Source of the DNA: a virus
Strand: one strand, 5' to 3'
IMG/VR virus record: IMGVR_UViG_3300027797_000013
Coordinates: 1-64,000 of that record
DNA length: 64,000 nucleotides
Every line of letters begins with the position of its first letter. Position 1 is the first letter of the stretch. Positions 1-9,045 of this stretch are shown here, one piece after another. The notes beneath the pieces are model-generated. The model was not told the origin of the DNA and made no database searches. It saw only the letters and a list, made by a program, of their open reading frames with translations. Position numbers and translations under genes: made by a program.

Positions 1-237
1 GGTAATGGAGTCGATTGTCATAGAATATGGGAAGCGCTTTTTTTAAAGTGTGTTCCAGTTGTATTATATCATGAGTGTTTTTCAGAATTTAAAAATTTGC
101 CTATATTGTTCGTGGATTCGTGGGAGGATGTAACTTTAGATTTTTTAAAAAACAACATAAGTAAATATGCTGAAATGTTTAATAGTGATATACCTCAATT
201 AACAACTGAGTACTGGATTAAAAAAATAAACATATAA
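1..237 (+). CDS. partial exostosin/GT47-like glycosyltransferase (C-terminal fragment)
   Basis: Frame 1 is open from the window edge: GNGVDCHRIWEALFLKCVPVV...LPILFVDSWED, stop TAA at 235-237. The GNGxDxHRxWEAL motif is typical of exostosin-like GTs. Confidence 0.7.
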   Translation, partial: GNGVDCHRIWEALFLKCVPVVLYHECFSEFKNLPILFVDSWEDVTLDFLKNNISKYAEMFNSDIPQLTTEYWIKKINI

Positions 238-364
238 TATATGAATCAAATAAAAAATAAAACATTTGACAATCGAGCCTGGAGACAGTCAAAATAAAAG
301 TGTATTAATCTATAGTAATTTTAGCCTGCATCAGTAAATATGAAAGCAATATAACTTAATAATA

Positions 365-1069
365 ATGAAAGCAATTAACCATCGTGAAATACAAGAACTT
401 TATAATAAGTTTATAACAGTAAACTATACAGAAGAATATAGAGAACGTTATAGAGATTTACCTATACATAAAAATAATAAAACGTGGAAGTGGGAAGGTA
501 AAGATTTTCCACGCGTTATATCACTTCTAGAGTTTGAGACATATATCTTAAAATATAATTTTGATATTGAAAATTTATTAATATTTAACGGACCTGCCGA
601 CCCTGAGATAGAGTATCTAGAAGGTAGGATTAAAAATATAGATAACATAAATTATGAAGATGATACTATAAACAACGACTTACACTCACTTAATCTACCA
701 AAAAAAGATTATGATTTTGTATGCTTGCATCAAACGCTTGAACATGTTTATAATCCATATCAATGCCTAGGGAATATTATGGATCATATGAAATCGGGAG
801 GATATTTATATATTAACGTACCGGCATGTAATGTACCTCACAGCGAACCATATCACTATTATACCGGTTATACACCTATGGGATTGACAGCAATAGCTTA
901 TCAATTAGATTTTGAAATATTAGAGGTAGGTCAGTGGGGAAATCTTGATTATCATATAAAATTATGGACGAGAAATCCTGGTTGGAGTGATTACACTCAA
1001 TTAAATAACCCTGGACTTAATCAAATTGAAAATCCTATAATTACATGGATTCTTTTAAGAAAAAAATAA
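365..1069 (+). CDS. class I SAM-dependent methyltransferase-like protein (type 11)
   Basis: YDFVCLHQTLEHVYNP...MKSGGYLYINVP motifs. Confidence 0.7.
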   Translation: MKAINHREIQELYNKFITVNYTEEYRERYRDLPIHKNNKTWKWEGKDFPRVISLLEFETYILKYNFDIENLLIFNGPADPEIEYLEGRIKNIDNINYEDDTINNDLHSLNLPKKDYDFVCLHQTLEHVYNPYQCLGNIMDHMKSGGYLYINVPACNVPHSEPYHYYTGYTPMGLTAIAYQLDFEILEVGQWGNLDYHIKLWTRNPGWSDYTQLNNPGLNQIENPIITWILLRKK

Positions 1070-1070
1070 T

Positions 1071-1922
1071 ATGACTGGTATATTATGTCAAGATGATATC
1101 AATGTTGTTGGGCACAGTCTATTTAAAAACTATAAATTAGCTCTTAGTAACTATTTTCAATCTGTACTACAACCTATTAATAGTATAGAAGATCTAAACA
1201 ATTTAGATCTTTTAATAATCGTTGATGAGCACTATATACCACATAAACAAGTATGGCAAAACGATGAATTTATTAATGTAATAAATAAGTTAAATATTAA
1301 GGTACTGATATTTAATTTTGAGAAAATATTCAATAGTCAGTTTCCATGGAATATTAGTGTTCAGCATTGTGTAGAAAAAATTAATAGGAGATTGCAGATA
1401 GTATCTGATGTAAAGGACGCAAAAATATTAAACACATCTATTATTAACAAGCAGTTTTTATCCCGTGATACAATCCTAGAAGAACCTATCGATAATAAAA
1501 TCGATGAGATACTTTTTGTAGGTCAGATAAACGAATACTATCCTACACGTAGAGAAATACTTAACGGTATTCAACAGATTAACAGTAAAGTAAGAGTTAT
1601 ACAGTCTGATCGTAGATACAATTATAATGAGTATTTAAACCTAATAAATCAGTCAAAATATATATTAAACCCTTTAGGTACAGGTGAGTTTATTAATTTA
1701 AGATTTTATGAAGCATTAAATTTAGGCTGCACGGTAATACAACAGTATACCGATGAAATGGAAAAATGGTACCCAGAATTAAATAAGTATAGTGTGTTAA
1801 AGTTTAAAACTGTAGATGACTTTAAAACATTAGACTTTAACAAACCTACACCTCATAAGGAATTATTTCTAGAAGATTATTTTGAAGAAATAAACTTTAT
1901 AAATATTATAGAGCATATATAA
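1071..1922 (+). CDS. GT-B fold glycosyltransferase (Glyco_trans_1_2/YkvP-like)
   Basis: ILFVGQ...R, followed by INQSKYILNPLG...NLRFYEALNLGC. Confidence 0.6.
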   Translation: MTGILCQDDINVVGHSLFKNYKLALSNYFQSVLQPINSIEDLNNLDLLIIVDEHYIPHKQVWQNDEFINVINKLNIKVLIFNFEKIFNSQFPWNISVQHCVEKINRRLQIVSDVKDAKILNTSIINKQFLSRDTILEEPIDNKIDEILFVGQINEYYPTRREILNGIQQINSKVRVIQSDRRYNYNEYLNLINQSKYILNPLGTGEFINLRFYEALNLGCTVIQQYTDEMEKWYPELNKYSVLKFKTVDDFKTLDFNKPTPHKELFLEDYFEEINFINIIEHI

Positions 1923-1930
1923 TATATATT

Positions 1931-2662
1931 ATGCAACAACATACTAAGCTTGATATCTTTAAGGATATGCCATTTAATGAAATTTATTACAATGTTCCGT
2001 CGGCTTGGGGTGGTGCATGTGGCTCGGAAATTCCACGGCCTCAACCTTCTGACTTTATAAGTGATTATTTTAAAGATAAGCTAGATGGTTTTTTTGTAGA
2101 TGTAGGAGCAAGCGACGGTATTATATGGAATAATTCATTAAATTTAGAAATTAACAATAAATGGAAAGGTATATGCATTGAACCTCACCCTGAAATTTTT
2201 AAACTATTGATAAGTAATACAAAAGGCATACAACGAACTGCTGAATGTTTAAATGTCGCTATTTCTGCAGAAGAAAAAGTATCTGATTTTCAGATGTTTA
2301 TCGGAGAATGGGACTCACATATGCTTAGTGGAATTATTGATAATTATGATAATAGACAAAAAGATAGAAACGACTTTAAACGAAATAGTCCCAATTCACA
2401 AATTATAAAGGTTCAGTGTCTACCATTACAAAAAATATTTGACGAGAGAAATATTACACACGTTGATTATCTTTCAATTGATACAGAAGGCTCAGAACTA
2501 GAGGTCTTACGAAGTATAGATTTTAATAAGACAAATTTTGAACTCATTAGTGTTGAAATAAATTATGAAGCAGATGAAATTAATTCATTTTTATTAGCTA
2601 ATGGATATGTTACCTTTAAAGATAAGGTATGTTGTGATCAGTTTTACATTAAAATTCCTTGA
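1931..2662 (+). CDS. FkbM-family methyltransferase
   Basis: FFVDVGASDG, GICIEP and HVDYLSIDTEGSELEVL motifs. Confidence 0.9.
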   Translation: MQQHTKLDIFKDMPFNEIYYNVPSAWGGACGSEIPRPQPSDFISDYFKDKLDGFFVDVGASDGIIWNNSLNLEINNKWKGICIEPHPEIFKLLISNTKGIQRTAECLNVAISAEEKVSDFQMFIGEWDSHMLSGIIDNYDNRQKDRNDFKRNSPNSQIIKVQCLPLQKIFDERNITHVDYLSIDTEGSELEVLRSIDFNKTNFELISVEINYEADEINSFLLANGYVTFKDKVCCDQFYIKIP

Positions 2663-2695
2663 AGATTACTTTATGGAAATCAATTTGATATAATA

Positions 2696-3292
2696 ATGAA
2701 ATTTGAACACTATATATTTGACCTTGACGGGACGATAGTCTCGACAAAGAAAATACATCAAAAATCATTCAACCAAGCTTTAGTGTCTTTAAATCATAAG
2801 ATAATTGACGATAACGATTTACCGTTATATGAAGCCCTTCCCTCTACAGAGAAGATAAAAGTATATAATAAGCTTAATAATACTAATATAGATTTAGAAG
2901 AATTTATACCGATCAAAAGCAAGTTTTGCGAGGAAAGTATAGAGAATTCAAACGATATATATAGTGATGATATCTTTAATATTTTAAAAAATTTAAAGCA
3001 GCAGGCAAAGACAATATCTATATGCTCTAATAGCACAGAAAAAACAATTAAAACGATTATTAAAAAGATGCATATCGAATCTTATATAGATAGCTTTTAT
3101 CATAACAAAAGCTGTGCGCCAAAGCCATTACCTGATATGTATAGATTGGCAGTCAGCGAGTCTAAAATTGACTCCATTAAATCTATAATATTTGAGGATA
3201 GTGAAGTAGGTATGAAGTCAGCTCTCACGAGCTTTAAAGATGTAACAGTTGTAAGAGTTGCTAACCCTTACAACTTAAAATTATTTTTTTAA
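2696..3292 (+). CDS. HAD-superfamily phosphatase (beta-PGM-like)
   Basis: IFDLDGT motif I, CSNS, KPLPDMY, IFEDSEVG. Confidence 0.9.
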   Translation: MKFEHYIFDLDGTIVSTKKIHQKSFNQALVSLNHKIIDDNDLPLYEALPSTEKIKVYNKLNNTNIDLEEFIPIKSKFCEESIENSNDIYSDDIFNILKNLKQQAKTISICSNSTEKTIKTIIKKMHIESYIDSFYHNKSCAPKPLPDMYRLAVSESKIDSIKSIIFEDSEVGMKSALTSFKDVTVVRVANPYNLKLFF

Positions 3293-3295
3293 TTT

Positions 3296-4033
3296 ATGAA
3301 TATTATTATTCCAATGGCTGGTAATGGTCAGAGATTTGTTGATGCTGGGTACGATCTACCAAAGCCGATGGTAGATGTATTAGGAAAGCCTATGATCTTA
3401 CGTGTGCTAGAGAATTTAGATATCGATGGTAAATACCATTTTATTGTAAGAAAGGAACACCAAGAGAAATATCAAATATGCGACTTACTAAGATCATTAA
3501 TACCAGATTGTGAAATAATACAACTTAGTGAATTAACAGAAGGTGCTACATCTTCTGCACTAAAAGCATTTACTGATAAAATAGACTTGGAAGATGAGTT
3601 AATTGTAACAAACTGTGACCAAATATTTATTTGGAATAAGCAGCTATTTTTTAACGTAGCAGATGATAGTGACGGTACCTTATTATGTCATCGCGATAGT
3701 GACAGTAAGTGGAGTTATTGTATAGGTCAAGTAAATAGTAGTAATTATATGAATGTATCTTATGTTGTTGAGAAACCTAATATAATACCTGAGTACTCAT
3801 ACGCAAACGTTGGTTTATATCACTGGAAATTAACAAAAAGATTTTATAATGATGCCTTACGAATGATAAAAGAAGGTAATAAGACAAAGAATGAGTATTA
3901 TATTTCCCCTCTTTACAATTACCTATGTGATGAAGGTAAGGTAGTAAAATCAGTGCTTTGTACTGAAATGTATGGTATTGGAACCCCTGAAGATTTAAAA
4001 AACTATGAATGTAAGTTTAATTTGGATAACTAG
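3296..4033 (+). CDS. sugar/polyol nucleotidyltransferase (NTP_transferase-like)
   Basis: IIIPMAGNGQRF...LPKPMVDV, TEGA, NCDQ, VVEKP, GIGTPEDL. Confidence 0.85.
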   Translation: MNIIIPMAGNGQRFVDAGYDLPKPMVDVLGKPMILRVLENLDIDGKYHFIVRKEHQEKYQICDLLRSLIPDCEIIQLSELTEGATSSALKAFTDKIDLEDELIVTNCDQIFIWNKQLFFNVADDSDGTLLCHRDSDSKWSYCIGQVNSSNYMNVSYVVEKPNIIPEYSYANVGLYHWKLTKRFYNDALRMIKEGNKTKNEYYISPLYNYLCDEGKVVKSVLCTEMYGIGTPEDLKNYECKFNLDN

Positions 4034-4601
4034 AGTTAGCGAGTTAGAGGATGAATTTCTACAAGAGTATATTAATACTTTTGATGGTATTGATGTAGAA
4101 AAAATAATTGTAGGTCATACAAATATTGCTGACAAACAATTTAAATATATACCATTTTATGAACGTGGCATAGATGCTCTAGGGCTTATTTGTCACAAGA
4201 AGAATATAGGAGTATTAGCAGCAACAAATGACATCTGTGTAGTAATGCATGCAGATATTACCCCTACTAAAGAAACTTTGTTAAACTATAATTGGAGTAA
4301 TATAAAGAGTAACGACATAGTGTGCCCTACTGCGGTAAATAAGCAGGGAGATATAGGACACACTTGGTGTACACGTACATCATGGAGCTCAAAATCTCCA
4401 CATGAACCATACGATACAAGTACCTATATAAGTGGAGCGTGCTTAATAGGTCATAAAAAAACTCTCTTAGAGAATACCTGGAACCAAAACTTAATACACA
4501 GTGAAGGTGAAGATGTAGAGATGTCTGACAGACTACACTCTAAAGGAATGAATATCTATTGTGACCCTTCTCTACTCTTTAACATAAAATTTCGCCAATG
4601 A
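4005..4601 (+). CDS. GT-A fold glycosyltransferase (family 2-like)
   Basis: KKNIGV...CVVMHADI (DxD-like), ISGACLI, EGEDVEMSDRL. Confidence 0.65.
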   Translation: MNVSLIWITRVSELEDEFLQEYINTFDGIDVEKIIVGHTNIADKQFKYIPFYERGIDALGLICHKKNIGVLAATNDICVVMHADITPTKETLLNYNWSNIKSNDIVCPTAVNKQGDIGHTWCTRTSWSSKSPHEPYDTSTYISGACLIGHKKTLLENTWNQNLIHSEGEDVEMSDRLHSKGMNIYCDPSLLFNIKFRQ

Positions 4602-5188
4602 AACAAACTATATTTGATGTCGGTGCCAATACAGGCTCATCATGTCACCACTACTCTCTAAACGGAGATATCGTATATGCATTTGAACCTACACCTTACT
4701 TGCTAGATACATATCTACTACCAAAGCAATCAGCCAACTATATAGTAGTTCCTAAGGCAGTCTCATATTTTGATGGTGAAGCAACATTTAATATTGCAGG
4801 TCACCAGGATTGGGGGTGTAGCTCTCTCAACACGTTTAGCGATAATCTGAATCAAACATGGGGTTGGAGAACTGATTTGTTTGTTACAAATAAGATTCAA
4901 GTTAAGGTTATAAAATTAAAGAGCTTTATTCAAGAGCATGACATTAAACAGATAGATATCCTACACATTGATACACAAGGTAGTGACCTAGACGTGTTAA
5001 AGGGTCTTGAAGATCAGATATCCATTGTACAGTCAGGCGTTATTGAAGTGCCATCAGAGGTTCATCTAAAGCTTTATAAAGAGCAACCATCAAAAGAGGA
5101 ATCTATTGAGTTCTTAAATTCAAACGGGTTCAAAATAAAGTCGATGGAATATCAGGGGAATGAATACAATATCTATTTTCATAGATAA
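4598..5188 (+). CDS. FkbM-family methyltransferase
   Basis: IFDVGANTG, VYAFEP, IDILHIDTQGSDLDVL. Confidence 0.9.
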   Translation: MKQTIFDVGANTGSSCHHYSLNGDIVYAFEPTPYLLDTYLLPKQSANYIVVPKAVSYFDGEATFNIAGHQDWGCSSLNTFSDNLNQTWGWRTDLFVTNKIQVKVIKLKSFIQEHDIKQIDILHIDTQGSDLDVLKGLEDQISIVQSGVIEVPSEVHLKLYKEQPSKEESIEFLNSNGFKIKSMEYQGNEYNIYFHR

Positions 5189-5206
5189 AATATTTGTAAT
5201 TTAGAC

Positions 5207-5234
5207 TTGAAAAGTACAGTAAGTGATGTATAAT
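5207..5234 (+). promoter_or_regulatory. sigma70-like promoter, probably leaderless
   Basis: TTGAAA (5207-5212), 16-nt spacer, TATAAT (5229-5234), then 6 nt to the in-frame ATG at 5241. Confidence 0.6.
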
Positions 5235-5240
5235 CATCTT

Positions 5241-5822
5241 ATGATTATTGAGCATCCCATATATGAAGGCAGTTTAATTAAGGAGAGGTTCGCGTATCGC
5301 TTCTTCAACAAGCAAGTTTCTCCAGCTGGTAACATTGTTGCATTTAGAGCTCCAATGTATGTTATCGAAGGTCTTATCGACCTAGAAGACTCTCTTAGTA
5401 AAGACTATATCTTTAGTGATGATGCTATTAACTTCTGCTGGGAGATTCCTAACTTGTGCCCTCTTGGCGCCGTTGCATTCCAGCGGTGGTTTAATGTAAA
5501 TATTGCATTTACTTTATCTAAGCTTACCGGTCTTAAGATTGGTGTAGATGGTGATGACCTTATGGTAGATGAGAAGTTTACTGGTTCAGATCGAGTAGAA
5601 CGTGATCAAGGTAAAGCTAGTGTATCAATTACTTACTCTAAGAATAATGTAGCTATTGGTCATACCGGTATTAATATTAAGGCTGGTAGTAAGGCTCCTG
5701 GATTTGCTTATTCTACTAATCTTACTGATGGTGAAGCAAAGATCTTTATGGAGACGATATGTAATATCTTTAATAATGAAGTAAAAGATATTTGTATTGC
5801 TGCTAGTAAAGTAATTGTATGA
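5241..5822 (+). CDS. DUF366-family protein (BPL/LplA-like fold)
   Basis: GNIVAFRAPM, VAFQR, DGDDL, GKASVSI, GHTGINI. Start placed at ATG 5241 from promoter spacing; the ORF track starts at 5223. Confidence 0.7.
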   Translation: MIIEHPIYEGSLIKERFAYRFFNKQVSPAGNIVAFRAPMYVIEGLIDLEDSLSKDYIFSDDAINFCWEIPNLCPLGAVAFQRWFNVNIAFTLSKLTGLKIGVDGDDLMVDEKFTGSDRVERDQGKASVSITYSKNNVAIGHTGINIKAGSKAPGFAYSTNLTDGEAKIFMETICNIFNNEVKDICIAASKVIV

Positions 5823-6202
5823 ATATATTCGATTTATTTAAAGAGTTATTCTTTAAGATGAAATCGATAGACTGTCGTAATAGTGAAGGCATGCAATTGT
5901 TCATACCTTTTATGATTAATCGATGGTTATCGTTTTATAGTAAAGCTCAGACTCTATTTGTAAATGAGACTCTTAACAAGTACTCTAATGTTATCGATGA
6001 CAAAATGCAGATGTACAGTATGTACTATAACTTAATTCCAAAAATGCATTTTAAGAAGATACCATATGTAAAGAAAGTAAAAGACAATCCAGAAGAGGAA
6101 ATAGAGCATCTATCACTAATTGCATCCAACCTAAACATCTCTACGAGAGAGATTAAACAGAACATCGAAATATATAACAACCTTAAAGCACGAACATTAT
6201 GA
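5819..6202 (+). CDS. clamp loader small subunit, T4 gp62-like
   Basis: FIPFMINRWLS...FVNETLNKY...MQMYSMYYNLIPK...YVKK resembles the gp62 pattern; 127 aa. Confidence 0.7.
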   Translation: MNIFDLFKELFFKMKSIDCRNSEGMQLFIPFMINRWLSFYSKAQTLFVNETLNKYSNVIDDKMQMYSMYYNLIPKMHFKKIPYVKKVKDNPEEEIEHLSLIASNLNISTREIKQNIEIYNNLKARTL

Positions 6203-6244
6203 AACATAACATGGATCTTTTAACACCTGTTGGTAAATAGCCGT

Positions 6245-6661
6245 ATGCCTCTAGACATTGACTTACTACCGACTACTCGTAGTCTTATTGACCTATCTTC
6301 TCATTCCTCTGGAGATTTCGGATTAGATGATTATGAATTATCCTTTATCCTAGATGATATTATGCTTGTTGAATATGTAGATATTTCTTCAGACGGTGAT
6401 AGCATTACTCGTAACGGTCTTTTTGTACCAACCAACGCCCTTACAAAAGCTTGGCGTAAAGCTCGAGTTATTCTCACAGGTCCTAACGTCAAGCATGCTA
6501 AGAAAGGTGATATTGTAGTCTTTCCAAACAATTTAGGTGTCACTGTTTCTAATATGGACATCGAAGGTCATGGTAAGATCAAGAAAGGTATATTTTTAAA
6601 CGAAAGTAGAATTTTTGGTATCTGTAAAGAAAAAAATGAAAGTACAAAGACAATCTCTTGA
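6245..6661 (+). CDS. groES: co-chaperonin GroES/gp31-like
   Basis: LDDIMLVE, mobile-loop-like TRNGLFVP, ARVILTGP, KKGDIVVFP, FLNESRIFG. ATG 6245 follows TAAATA-N5. Confidence 0.8.
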   Translation: MPLDIDLLPTTRSLIDLSSHSSGDFGLDDYELSFILDDIMLVEYVDISSDGDSITRNGLFVPTNALTKAWRKARVILTGPNVKHAKKGDIVVFPNNLGVTVSNMDIEGHGKIKKGIFLNESRIFGICKEKNESTKTIS

Positions 6662-7013
6662 TAATATTCTATTATCAAACGTATGTGAAATTAGATTTCT
6701 ACGTAAAATCCCAGTAACTGGTAAAGCTCTTACGCGTAGAATGTGGTGCACAAAAAGTTACGATTTACTTACCTCAACTAACGGTAAGGTTTCGTTAAAC
6801 TATAGAGCCCCAACTAACCCTAAAAAGGTAAACGAAACAAATGATAACATCCTTGTCGTATGGGATGTATTCATGCAAGACTATAGAGCTATTAGTATGT
6901 TAGAGTGTGAGCTAATTCAGCAAATTCCTGCTGACGAATCATTCTGGCAATTCTTTAATGATAATCTATATAATATGACTGCAGAACAAAAAGCAGCGTT
7001 TATGAATTCATGA
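6636..7013 (+). CDS. phage SH3/WYL-like protein (DUF2693-type)
   Basis: VCEIRFLRK...RRMWCT...VVWDVFMQDYRAI pattern. Confidence 0.6.
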   Translation: MKVQRQSLDNILLSNVCEIRFLRKIPVTGKALTRRMWCTKSYDLLTSTNGKVSLNYRAPTNPKKVNETNDNILVVWDVFMQDYRAISMLECELIQQIPADESFWQFFNDNLYNMTAEQKAAFMNS

Positions 7014-7348
7014 AATTAGATCAATATAGCGACTGTTTTAAATATCTCCTACTAAGAGATGTCTGTATCAAGATTAATAATAAAATTATTAGGACTGGTA
7101 AAATTAAAAACTTCGCTATAAAGCAGTTTTATATAAAGCTGTTTATTGAGAATCATAAAGGTCATATTAGACTACTTGAGCTACCATATCCATTCGGTAT
7201 ATCTAAAGTAGATGAGATAACATCACTCGATTATAACATAGATACATTCTGTGGAAATAATAAGGATCTTAAGTGTAAGTTAAAATTTCTGAGTAAGAAA
7301 AATGTTAGTAAGTTCTATGATACAGTGGTAGATATAACTGTAATGTAA
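7010..7348 (+). CDS. hypothetical protein
   Basis: 112-aa ORF coupled to the upstream gene by an ATGA overlap. Confidence 0.6.
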   Translation: MKLDQYSDCFKYLLLRDVCIKINNKIIRTGKIKNFAIKQFYIKLFIENHKGHIRLLELPYPFGISKVDEITSLDYNIDTFCGNNKDLKCKLKFLSKKNVSKFYDTVVDITVM

Positions 7349-7364
7349 CGAACTACCTTATAAT
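7347..7364 (+). promoter_or_regulatory. AAYGAACTA-N3-TATAAT promoter motif
   Basis: aacgaactaccttataat, 7 nt before the helicase ATG. The same motif precedes 32762(-) and 49182(-). Confidence 0.55.
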
Positions 7365-7371
7365 AATTATT

Positions 7372-9021
7372 ATGTCACAAAGCTTATTACAGAGCTTCCC
7401 AGCTCCGTATACTCCTAACTCTGCGCAAGTTAAATTACTAAATAAAATTGAAGAGGCTTTTAACGATGGTTACAAATTTGTAGTTTGTTGTGCTCCGACT
7501 GGTTCGGGTAAGTCATTTATCTCAAAGACTATTAGTAATAGTTCGAGAGAGCCATCTAAGGAATTTGTAAACCATATTACTAGCTATTCAGCATTCAAGC
7601 ATAACTATGGCGGTGGATACGCTAGTGCTGAAGAGTGTGAAGAGCAGCCTGCATTCGGAGCCTTTGCGTTAACTATTACTAAGACTCTACAAGATCAATA
7701 CAAGAGTATGTTTGAGGATACTGCAGTATTGAAAGGTAAGTCTAACTATCAGTGTGCAATTGATGATAGCTATAATGTAGATATGGCTCCTTGTACTTTA
7801 CTAAAGTCTATTAAAGAGGACTGTTGGTCAAAGAATAAGTGTCCTTACTATAATGCTAGAAATCAATCGCTGATTGCTAGCTTTGCTACGCTGAACTATA
7901 ATATGTTCTTCTCTCTACCTAATCATGTTAAGAAGCGTGAATACATAGTATGTGATGAAGCATCTGAGTTAGAAGATCAGCTAGTAAAGCAATTTACTTG
8001 TACTGTTAACTTCGATACTCTTAAGAAGAGTGAAATCAATATTTCACCGTTTGATAGCTCTAATTATGGTAAAGCATTAAAGTGGGTATCGTTAATGTCA
8101 GTGAGAATTAGTGAGCGTATCGAAGAAGTAAAGGATATCGTAACTAAGGGATCAAAAGGTATAAAGTCTCTCAGTAAGAACTTTATTGATGCGCGCAAGG
8201 CTGAGATGATCTCGTTAAGAGCACTGCAGACTAAGCTTAGTATTCTTGAAGAGACTTGGAATGACTGCGAGTATATTTTTGAGAATGACTTTAAGTCTGT
8301 AACCTTTGTACCTCTCAAGGTTAATAAGCTTTCGAGGTTTCTGTTTAACTTTGGTGAGAAGATAGTGCTAATGTCAGCTACTATTATCGATCATAAGAAT
8401 TACTGTAAGTCTCTAGGTATCGACCATTATAAGTACATTGAAGTAGAGTCTTCGTTTGATCCTGGTAATGCTCCTATCTATGTTCAGACTAAGGTTAAGC
8501 TAAGTTATAGTAATCTTAATCAGAACCTACCTAAGATTAAGAAGCAGATTATGGAGATCTGTAACTTTCATAAAAATGAAAAAGGATTGATTCATACCCA
8601 TACTAACACCATAACTACTTACTTAAATAGAAATATAAATGAAAAGCGATTCCTATTTCGAGAACCTGGGGTTAATAACGAAAATATCTTGCAGCAGCAT
8701 GTTGACACAACAGATCCAACAGTATTGGTATCACCTTCAATGGGCTATGGGGTTGATCTCAAAGATGATCTAGCTCGATTTCAGATTATTATTAAGGCAC
8801 CTTACTTGCCTATGAATGATAATCGAATCAAGAAGATAATGAAGATTGATCCTGACTGGTATGTAAATAAGATGCTAAGTTCTTTGATTCAGTCGTGTGG
8901 TAGAGCTGTAAGATCGAAGAAGGATCATTGCATTACCTATATCTTAGATGGTGCTATTATTGAGAGTGTTATAAATAACAAGAATAAACTACCCAAGTAC
9001 TTTTTAGATAGATTTGTTTGA
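7372..9021 (+). CDS. DinG/XPD-family SF2 DNA helicase with putative Fe-S cysteines
   Basis: Q motif, APTGSGKS, LQDQY, KGKSNYQC...APC...C...CPY, DEAS, MSATI, GVDL, QSCGRAVR. Confidence 0.9.
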   Translation: MSQSLLQSFPAPYTPNSAQVKLLNKIEEAFNDGYKFVVCCAPTGSGKSFISKTISNSSREPSKEFVNHITSYSAFKHNYGGGYASAEECEEQPAFGAFALTITKTLQDQYKSMFEDTAVLKGKSNYQCAIDDSYNVDMAPCTLLKSIKEDCWSKNKCPYYNARNQSLIASFATLNYNMFFSLPNHVKKREYIVCDEASELEDQLVKQFTCTVNFDTLKKSEINISPFDSSNYGKALKWVSLMSVRISERIEEVKDIVTKGSKGIKSLSKNFIDARKAEMISLRALQTKLSILEETWNDCEYIFENDFKSVTFVPLKVNKLSRFLFNFGEKIVLMSATIIDHKNYCKSLGIDHYKYIEVESSFDPGNAPIYVQTKVKLSYSNLNQNLPKIKKQIMEICNFHKNEKGLIHTHTNTITTYLNRNINEKRFLFREPGVNNENILQQHVDTTDPTVLVSPSMGYGVDLKDDLARFQIIIKAPYLPMNDNRIKKIMKIDPDWYVNKMLSSLIQSCGRAVRSKKDHCITYILDGAIIESVINNKNKLPKYFLDRFV

Positions 9022-9045
9022 TTAAGTATTCTACACAGGTAGAAT

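Noticed and set aside
241-297. 18-codon ORF MNQIKNKTFDNRAWRQSK and nearby TTGACA
   Set aside because: Too short to support, and there is no well-spaced -10 box. It may be a gene remnant but cannot be shown from the sequence.
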